A stretch of DNA of 64,000 bases, taken from a virus. Its lineage: Duplodnaviria > Heunggongvirae > Uroviricota > Caudoviricetes. Position numbers and translations under genes: made by a program. Shown one piece after another: positions 56,999-64,000 of this stretch (its first letter is position 1; every line of letters begins with the position of its first letter). The stretch lies in the IMG/VR virus record IMGVR_UViG_3300035208_001992. One strand, written 5' to 3'. The notes beneath the pieces are model-generated. The model did not search any database. It saw only the letters and a list, made by a program, of their open reading frames with translations, and was not told the origin of the DNA.

Positions 56999-58114
56999 TT
57001 ATTTGCTCCTGTTCAGTGCACGCGCGATTCGGTGCAACGCCGAGCCAGTGACTAAGTCAGGCTCGAGTTGCTTGCGGTATTTCTCTTTGAATTCATCGCT
57101 CATGCGTGTGCCATAGTTGCGCTTGATGATTTCCCAAGCTGACGCAGGCAACTCACTTGCAGAACGCTCGAACTGCTTTCGAATAGTGCGTTCGAGCTCA
57201 AGCGTTGATATTTGCGTGTTAGCTGGAGGCTGTGGAGCGACCAGTCGCGGTCCATCAATCATCTCAACATAGCTGTCGAGATCTTCATCATGGTCTTTTG
57301 GCTTTGACGGCACAGCAGGTTTGTTGACTACTGGCTTTGGCTTCACAATGGTTGACGATGGCTTCGATGTTGGAGCAAGTGGTGGCTTTGGCTTCACTGC
57401 TGGTTTCTTCTTCGCAATGCCAGGCTTAGGCGGATACTTCTTACGTTGTGGCTTGTCTTGCTCGTCACGCACGCGTGTACGCGGACGTCCACGGCCCTTG
57501 TGCCCACCTGTCGCTTCGACTAAAGCATCGTCAAGCACAGTCTTGATCTTCTCGAGATCAGGCGTGTTTAGACCTTCGGCTGCAACCAAACGCGAAACGC
57601 CAGCATTGTACTCAAGCGTGACAGACCACTGGTTCTTGCGCGTGCGAAGTTCACGCAGCGCTGTTAGCGTCTCATTGATGGTCTTTGAGAACTTACGCCA
57701 GAAGTAGTTGCTTGCATAGTACGGCGTCAATAGCTGTCGGTCACGCACAATCTTGATTGCAAGAGTTGCACGTGCCGACAGTGCCTTGTCAATGAATGCT
57801 TGCTTGAGACGAGCTTCAACAACTGAGGCCTCTGCAACATTCTCTTCAGCTGGCGCAACATACGGACCAACAATCGCTGATCTACTTGGCTGCCCATCAA
57901 AATCAGGTCTGCTAAGCATATAGTCAGTCCAAACTTCGAGCGTGTCTTTGTTGACGTAAACTGCGCTCACGCCTTTGATTCCAACATCAGTAGCATACTG
58001 TGTTGGTGGCTGTTCATATGTCGTAATGCAATACGCACACCACTTGGCCTTCACTGTGCCAACAGGCTGCTTGTCCTCGTTGCTGAAAACTGGATCCCAA
58101 TTAGGCATCACCAT
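56999..58114 (-). CDS. hypothetical protein with AT-hook-like GRGRPR and Pro/Lys-rich linker
   Basis: KGRGRPRTR; PKP repeats; GGAG RBS. Confidence 0.7.
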   Translation of the reverse strand: MVMPNWDPVFSNEDKQPVGTVKAKWCAYCITTYEQPPTQYATDVGIKGVSAVYVNKDTLEVWTDYMLSRPDFDGQPSRSAIVGPYVAPAEENVAEASVVEARLKQAFIDKALSARATLAIKIVRDRQLLTPYYASNYFWRKFSKTINETLTALRELRTRKNQWSVTLEYNAGVSRLVAAEGLNTPDLEKIKTVLDDALVEATGGHKGRGRPRTRVRDEQDKPQRKKYPPKPGIAKKKPAVKPKPPLAPTSKPSSTIVKPKPVVNKPAVPSKPKDHDEDLDSYVEMIDGPRLVAPQPPANTQISTLELERTIRKQFERSASELPASAWEIIKRNYGTRMSDEFKEKYRKQLEPDLVTGSALHRIARALNRSK

Positions 58115-58339
58115 TCTCCCGAGTGTCTTGAATCAACGTAAGCAAACGCTCAGCGCGCTCAATTGCGAGCACGTTAGTCGAAGTCGCGATCACTTGATTC
58201 GCGCTTTCTTCGAGCTTGGTGAGTTCTTCTTCAGACCAACTGTATCCTGCATTCGTTTCAGGCGCTGACGCTTGCACAACATTTTCAGTTGCAATGCCTG
58301 CGTCTTTCAGCAAGTTTGAAACGATCATCTTATCATACA
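58101..58339 (-). CDS. small hypothetical protein (start refined to MYDKMIV)
   Basis: AGGAG RBS; upstream poly-Q extension is an alternative-frame artefact of the overlapping gene. Confidence 0.55.
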
Positions 58340-58704
58340 TTTGGTCCATCTCCTGTCGGCGCTGGTTGCGCTGCAATTGTTGCAGTTGTTGCGGCTGTTG
58401 CAGCTGTTGCGCTTGCATCACTCGTGTTTGTGATCTTTGTGCTGCCATTGCGGTCGCGCCCGATCTCGACGCCTTTTGTCAAGAAGACGTAGCTCAACAG
58501 TCCAAGCAATACCGTGATCATTGTCTCGGGTGGGTCAAGCTTGATGACCCAAAACCTGAACAAACACGCTGCTAAGATGATGCTTGTCCAAAGCCGTCCG
58601 AAGCTTCCAGTTGAACCGCCCTTGTAGAACGGAGCAATGAAATTGTCCCAAGCTGTGATGATCGTGCTGCTAGCGCGTAGCCGCTCAATTATTGGCGTGC
58701 CCAT
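58333..58704 (-). CDS. two-TM membrane protein, holin-like
   Basis: SFGRL + TM, second TM, K, then Ala/Thr-rich tail; GGAGGG RBS. Confidence 0.5.
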   Translation of the reverse strand: MGTPIIERLRASSTIITAWDNFIAPFYKGGSTGSFGRLWTSIILAACLFRFWVIKLDPPETMITVLLGLLSYVFLTKGVEIGRDRNGSTKITNTSDASATAATAATTATIAAQPAPTGDGPNV

Positions 58705-58728
58705 GAGTTAGCCCTCCATATTATGAGT

Positions 58729-59526
58729 TCAATTCAATGCCAGTATGTCAGGTAAATTACGAGGTCCAAGCTCAAAGTCATAAATGCGCAGTACTTCTGC
58801 ATAACGCGTTATTGGACGCGTAATCACGTATGCTGTTGTTGCGGTTGCACTTTGCGTGTAACCAACAGCAAGCGCCATTGCTTTTACTGTCGCACTTGTG
58901 GTGAGCTCGAATGAGCTTGTGTAAATTGCTGAGCTGCTAGTTGGCTCCGATCCATCAATTGTGTAGTAGATCGTTGAGTTATGCGTTTCACACGTGATCG
59001 TTACCGTGACAGAACCAGAATATGAACCTGCTGCTGGCAAGATGACAGGAGTTGCAGCAGGCACTGGCTCACTTCCAGCTTCAAGCTGTTCAACGAATGC
59101 TTGAATCGGAGATCCAGGCCGTCGATACAAGATCGAAATGAGCTGCAAGTCAGCACTTAGGTCAAATGAGAAATCAGGCAAGCGTACTGCGGGCCACTCA
59201 CTCGTGACAACAGATCCGAGTATGTTGAAATAGATCGTCGTGCCAATGACATACGCGAAAGCAATGCCGCGACTTGTGACGTCTCTCACAAAGAATGCAG
59301 TCACGTTGCTTGCGACTGTTTCTATGCTGCTTAGTGCTAATGGACTTCCAACAATAGCGCGTTGAAGTGCATTGCTTGAGTCAAGCCAATACACGTGCAG
59401 ATTCGCTGATTCAACTAACTGTACGGCGCTACCACGGCCGACAAGCACGCTTGATCGACCATAGCTTAGCGTAATTACGCCGGCGCTTACTTGAGCTGTG
59501 TACGCGCCAACAACGGACGTAATCAT
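58729..59526 (-). CDS. putative virion protein with chitobiase/beta-hexosaminidase C-terminal (Fn3-associated) domain
   Basis: ATPVILP..GSY....VTITC.T..STIYYTIDGSEPT..S.IY...F.L..SATVKAMA. Confidence 0.8.
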   Translation of the reverse strand: MITSVVGAYTAQVSAGVITLSYGRSSVLVGRGSAVQLVESANLHVYWLDSSNALQRAIVGSPLALSSIETVASNVTAFFVRDVTSRGIAFAYVIGTTIYFNILGSVVTSEWPAVRLPDFSFDLSADLQLISILYRRPGSPIQAFVEQLEAGSEPVPAATPVILPAAGSYSGSVTVTITCETHNSTIYYTIDGSEPTSSSAIYTSSFELTTSATVKAMALAVGYTQSATATTAYVITRPITRYAEVLRIYDFELGPRNLPDILALN

Positions 59527-62516
59527 GGACTGACCGCTTTCACGTAGCTGTAATTCAACGTCGCCGTTTTACCAATGTGCGACGCATGCAAATACAGCGT
59601 GTCTTTGTACACGTAGAAATGTGTCTCGTCTGGCGTTGTGCCACCAGCGCCAATATGGAACGTCAATGGAGTGCCGTTGACAGAGCAAGTGATCAACTCA
59701 GGTCGTTCATATTCGACACCGCAATACGATGGACTGTTTATCGCTGGTGGAATTTCAGTAGCAGCAGTCGCTATTTGTAGCGTTGCTTCTGCTGGAATCA
59801 AGTCACCGAGATAGTAGCATGCCGCTTGCATTGTAGACATTGACGTGCTCGGGAATGTCTTGATCTGGTATGCAGTGTACGTGTCAAATGCTTGACCTGC
59901 ACCGAACGTGATCTGCGACCACGGATTTATCAGCTGTGGCGTTGAGTGCGTCTTCCGAGAACGCTTTGCGCGTCCAGCAGTTCCGTGTATCCAATTCGCT
60001 CCGTCCCAATCCAGCTCAATCCCGATCGACGTTGGTATCTGCGTTCCGCAGACAAACAAGCTGTAGCACTTGTCGAGAATCACAACAGTCGAACTGTACT
60101 TTGCGTATTCATAGTCGCACGCGCGTACATACACAGACGCGAACGGAATCGGTCCATAAGGTGACGCGAAATGAGCTTCTTCATTACCAACGCCTTGCCT
60201 TTCAGTCATGCGATCAGTTTTCGGCAACGGATAGAAGTAGATGCGGCAACCAGCGTCATCTAACCTGAAGTCACCAGTCCATGGGCGTGAAGGCCCGTTG
60301 TCTGAGTCACGGAATAGGCCAAGCGTGCCATCCAGTGTTTGCTGAACTAGCCTCACTGGGATCGTCAATATCGAGAAGTGATGATCGTCAATGCGGAAGA
60401 TGCGACTAGTCAACCTGTAGTCAGATTCATATGCATCTTCCCAGTAGCCGAAGTAGTGACGCGTGTTTTTACGACGCATGATTCCGTCTGCGCCGACAGA
60501 GAACCAAGTTAGCGACGTTGGCGTATTGTAGTATGTTCCTGTGTGCAGCACAATCAGGTCACCGTTGCTACGTAGACTTGTTGCGATCACGCTGTGCGTG
60601 TGTCTATCCGAACTATTGATTATTGCACAAGACCAAGCTAGCGTTTGGCCTGTAGCAATTTCGTGTCTCACTGCCCAATTTGGCGGACGATCATCGGCCG
60701 ACACACGATCTTCGATAGCTGTAGTCACCCAAGTCAAATAGCCGTTGACTGCAGTCAACTTGCATGGTGCCACAGTCTTTTGACCATCGCGTGCGCTCGG
60801 CATCGCAACAGGCACGACCACGCGTGCAGTAAAGTCGAACACGCCATTTGTGTGACCGACATACAGCTTTGACAACTCACGATCAACTGCAATTGCTTTG
60901 AGCTTCATGTTGATGCCGGCAGCTGCACCATAAGTAGTCACAGCACGCGTGCTGATTTCATAGAGGACAATGCGCGTCTCGTGGATCATCCAAACGTGTC
61001 CGTTGAACACTTCCATCTGCAACGGTGGCTTAGTCAACGAGCAGAGCACTTCGCTCTCATGTGCCTTACCTAACTCTTGCCGATTGAGCCAGTATTCGAA
61101 GTTGTCGTCCATGGACACATAGTATAGCCATTGGTCTTCAGGCTGTTGCGCCATTGCAAACGAAACAGGTTGCAAGCAGAACTGGCTACTACCATTGTCT
61201 TCTTGCGTTTCAATATCTGATCCTGCCCTGGTCAAGAACGTGCCAAGCTCAAAATATGTCGATTTCGAACCGTCAGGTTTCTTGAACGGCAAGTGAGACG
61301 TTAGCGTAGTATTGATCAAGTCACGTGGATAGCGCTCGATGAAGTACGAGGCTGTGCCTGTAAGTCCAGGTTGATCGATTCGAACAACATCAACTACTGT
61401 TCTTGGAGAACGCGCGACTGCTGTTGTCGTGATCTTGCTCGACGCGTCAGTTGCAAATCCGTAGATCTGACATGACGGCGCAACGACAGGTCCACTGATC
61501 GCGTTGCTGACTCCTGGAACTTTGATTCGATCTTGCGATAGAAAACCAATGATTGGAGAATGCCAAGCACCAACGCGACTGAACGCGACTAGACAAATAC
61601 CGTTCGCGTTCGTGACTGCTGTCGGAAACAGCATGAACTTGAGCAGTCGGCTATTGTAATGAAACTGTGGCGACGCGCTACCAGGTAAATAAGTTGTTCC
61701 AATGAATCGCGCGATCTTTGTATAGTCATCGACTTCCAAGTTAGTCGACAACACGTGTAGCAACCATGGATTTGAACGCTCATAATACGGTACGCGATCG
61801 ATCATATGCGGGCTGTCTGTCGTTTTGCGATCTGTTCCAATGATGCTACCACCATTGGCACTAGGATCTCCAGAATAGCCAACGTTGTAGTCTGATGAAG
61901 CATCGCGTAGACGAGACTCAATCAGCGCAGGTAAAGATTCAAGCGTCAACGGACCTTGCTGCGCAGTCACTTCTGGAATGACCTTTATAGACAAATCAAG
62001 TAACGGATTGAACGCTAGCTCAACAGGATCGATGAGCACAGAAGCGTCAAGTGCTGATATCACCATTGGCGCAAACGGCGTACGTGCAGCTACACCACTG
62101 TTGTTCGCGTCATTTGTTTGATCGTCAGTGCTGTAGTTGTGAGACATATATGTCTGCTGGAGAACAGCACTGTGTTGCATGCTCTCAAGTACGCCGCTTG
62201 TGCTCAAGTCACTGATTGCATCTGCTTGCCGCATACGATTGCGACGAGCATTGTCTAACTCGACGCCATCAAGCAATCTGCCAATGCCAGCAACAGAGCC
62301 AACGTTTGCTGATTGCAACGTAGGCATACCGCGCATCTCAGCGAATGATGAATTTAGCTCAGCTGCTGATCCGCTTAGCGTTGCGCGCGTTACAGGCACA
62401 GGCCTGAGCCCAAGATGCGTGCACGAGTTCATGTAGAACATGTATGATGACATCCAACCGCCGCTTCCGCCGGGGATGCTTGACACCATGCGCTTCAATA
62501 GTTCGACGTTGATCAT
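59523..62516 (-). CDS. large putative virion/tail protein (beta-propeller-like central region)
   Basis: 997 aa; IAVDRELSKLYVGH-type blade motifs. Confidence 0.55.
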   Translation of the reverse strand: MINVELLKRMVSSIPGGSGGWMSSYMFYMNSCTHLGLRPVPVTRATLSGSAAELNSSFAEMRGMPTLQSANVGSVAGIGRLLDGVELDNARRNRMRQADAISDLSTSGVLESMQHSAVLQQTYMSHNYSTDDQTNDANNSGVAARTPFAPMVISALDASVLIDPVELAFNPLLDLSIKVIPEVTAQQGPLTLESLPALIESRLRDASSDYNVGYSGDPSANGGSIIGTDRKTTDSPHMIDRVPYYERSNPWLLHVLSTNLEVDDYTKIARFIGTTYLPGSASPQFHYNSRLLKFMLFPTAVTNANGICLVAFSRVGAWHSPIIGFLSQDRIKVPGVSNAISGPVVAPSCQIYGFATDASSKITTTAVARSPRTVVDVVRIDQPGLTGTASYFIERYPRDLINTTLTSHLPFKKPDGSKSTYFELGTFLTRAGSDIETQEDNGSSQFCLQPVSFAMAQQPEDQWLYYVSMDDNFEYWLNRQELGKAHESEVLCSLTKPPLQMEVFNGHVWMIHETRIVLYEISTRAVTTYGAAAGINMKLKAIAVDRELSKLYVGHTNGVFDFTARVVVPVAMPSARDGQKTVAPCKLTAVNGYLTWVTTAIEDRVSADDRPPNWAVRHEIATGQTLAWSCAIINSSDRHTHSVIATSLRSNGDLIVLHTGTYYNTPTSLTWFSVGADGIMRRKNTRHYFGYWEDAYESDYRLTSRIFRIDDHHFSILTIPVRLVQQTLDGTLGLFRDSDNGPSRPWTGDFRLDDAGCRIYFYPLPKTDRMTERQGVGNEEAHFASPYGPIPFASVYVRACDYEYAKYSSTVVILDKCYSLFVCGTQIPTSIGIELDWDGANWIHGTAGRAKRSRKTHSTPQLINPWSQITFGAGQAFDTYTAYQIKTFPSTSMSTMQAACYYLGDLIPAEATLQIATAATEIPPAINSPSYCGVEYERPELITCSVNGTPLTFHIGAGGTTPDETHFYVYKDTLYLHASHIGKTATLNYSYVKAVSP

Positions 62517-62525
62517 TGTGTGTCC

Positions 62526-63941
62526 TTATCCCAGTGAAATGCGCGCGGCAGTGACTCTGATTCGCTGGTGCTCTAACGCACGAACGATCTGTCGGTTTTG
62601 CCGCAAGTCAAGGTTGTTCAACGGCGTATTCCAACCTAGATTTCCAACTGCAGTGTTTCGATCGTATCCGCACTCTTTCCAAGTCACGCGATGATTTGCA
62701 ACTTGTAGTCCAGAGCCTACTCCGATAACAGTTCCGCCAGTAAGCACTGCGTCAACTTGCGTACGCACTTTGACAAGCGTTGCATACATCGTATTCGTCC
62801 AAATGACGTTGTCATCTCGCGTTTCAATTACGCCAACAATTACGCCAACAAGTAAGCGACCATCAGAAGGCTCGAACGAAATAGCTTCAGCTGAAATCGC
62901 GCGTGTTGCTGGATTGAACCAGACAGCATACGCGCTGTTGTCAGGAACTGTAAGTGCGACTGCGTCAAAACCGGTTGCGACTTGACGCAAAACGAAATCT
63001 GTACCGATCAAGATAGGATCGTGACAACGAATGCGCGAGAACGTTGCGTTAGCAGTATAGCTTAGCAAATCAGTGAGCTGCTTACGCGCGTGCTTAGTGC
63101 TACCAGTTCTGCGAACGCGAACTTCACGCGTGCCAGTGATTGGCGTCAATGTTGTCAGCGATGTCTCAACGCCATCTACAACTGCAGACAATGCAATACC
63201 ACCAACTCGCCCAGACAGCTTAAGCGCGATTTGCTTGCTGTTTGATGACAGCGTAAGACGCGTTGGAGCAGCACCAGAAGAGTAAAGCTCAAGATACACT
63301 GGATACGCTCCAGGTCTGTCAGACGGAACGAACATACGTAGTGACACGCCAGTCTGCACGTCTGAAGAATCGTTGAGCTGGCTGCTTGCGTCAGCTAAGA
63401 ACAATGTGATCGTTGGCAGTGTTGCCTGATTAACATTGCTCTCTGGATACGTCATCAACGCTAAGAAGTCTGTCGTGAGTTTGATCTCAACATCGAAATC
63501 TTGTTCAACATTGATGACACCTGGCAGCGCAGCAGCGAATAATCCGTCAACGCGCGTCGACATGAGAGCTTCATTGAAACCTATGATGGCAGGCGGATTG
63601 ATCGGCACAGGGAACGATCCGTCAGTCAACATGCTGTGACGCAACAACCTAGCGCTGCTTGGATCACGGAAGTCGATTGATGTGCTTTGTTGGACTGAAA
63701 CTGCTGTGCGTGAGCATATGATTGATCCAGGAGCCAATCGCAGTTTTCCGCTTGTAGCAGTTGTAGTGATCACACATGGTATCACAACAGGTGTGCTATC
63801 GCTGAATCCAGACATTGCGTCAGGATTGACTAAGCCTTCAATAGACCATAGCATGCCGCTAACAAAGTCGCCGCTAGTCTCTGTTGACGTTCCAGTTCCA
63901 TCTGTGAGTGAGATTGATCCAGTTGTAATTGAGATCGTCAA
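62526..63941 (-). CDS. putative virion structural protein, probably 5'-truncated by the window edge
   Basis: S/T/G-rich beta-type ORF close to the window end. Confidence 0.55.
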   Translation of the reverse strand: MTISITTGSISLTDGTGTSTETSGDFVSGMLWSIEGLVNPDAMSGFSDSTPVVIPCVITTTATSGKLRLAPGSIICSRTAVSVQQSTSIDFRDPSSARLLRHSMLTDGSFPVPINPPAIIGFNEALMSTRVDGLFAAALPGVINVEQDFDVEIKLTTDFLALMTYPESNVNQATLPTITLFLADASSQLNDSSDVQTGVSLRMFVPSDRPGAYPVYLELYSSGAAPTRLTLSSNSKQIALKLSGRVGGIALSAVVDGVETSLTTLTPITGTREVRVRRTGSTKHARKQLTDLLSYTANATFSRIRCHDPILIGTDFVLRQVATGFDAVALTVPDNSAYAVWFNPATRAISAEAISFEPSDGRLLVGVIVGVIETRDDNVIWTNTMYATLVKVRTQVDAVLTGGTVIGVGSGLQVANHRVTWKECGYDRNTAVGNLGWNTPLNNLDLRQNRQIVRALEHQRIRVTAARISLG

Positions 63942-64000
63942 CGTATTCGATCCATCTGCAATAAGTATCGCACCAGACGTGACAACTTCAGCAGATGGTG

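Noticed and set aside
58340-58448. Poly-Gln N-terminus of ORF 58101-58448
   Set aside because: Alternative-frame reading of the Ala/Thr-rich tail of 58333-58704; RBS supports a start at 58339
1-64000. tRNA/rRNA genes or alternative genetic code
   Set aside because: No cloverleaf with T-loop/CCA found in the few intergenic gaps; coding density under the standard code is near complete, and TAG, TGA and TAA all serve as stops

Overview
A 64 kb segment of a large (jumbo-type) dsDNA bacteriophage genome: dense, overlapping, operon-like genes, no rRNA/tRNA/CRISPR/IS elements recognised. Bases 1-12,034 are + strand and carry a DUF2829/Tad2-like gene, a degenerate terminase-ATPase paralogue, a modified-cytosine precursor cluster (dCTPase/dUTPase-like, dNMP kinase, T4 gp42-like dCMP hydroxymethylase), a NADAR gene and many small hypotheticals. 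From 12,245 to the end everything is on the - strand: accessory genes (SLOG/DUF2493, HicA-like, cyclic-phosphate-processing receiver), a class II ribonucleotide reductase, a 1,972-aa SNF2-type helicase, and probable virion genes. The standout is an 18.3 kb tandem array (21,284-39,548) of 28 genes that all begin with a 7-residue leader M-x-R-H-[M/A/G]-x-E (Glu7 in 28/28). The leader is conserved at protein rather than DNA level and precedes highly diverged bodies. The array includes four mini-genes, one frameshifted copy and two copies carrying terminase-like Walker fragments. My working hypothesis (inference) is a capsid-targeting/prohead-protease leader on a diversified library of internal virion effectors, analogous to the T4 internal-protein locus.
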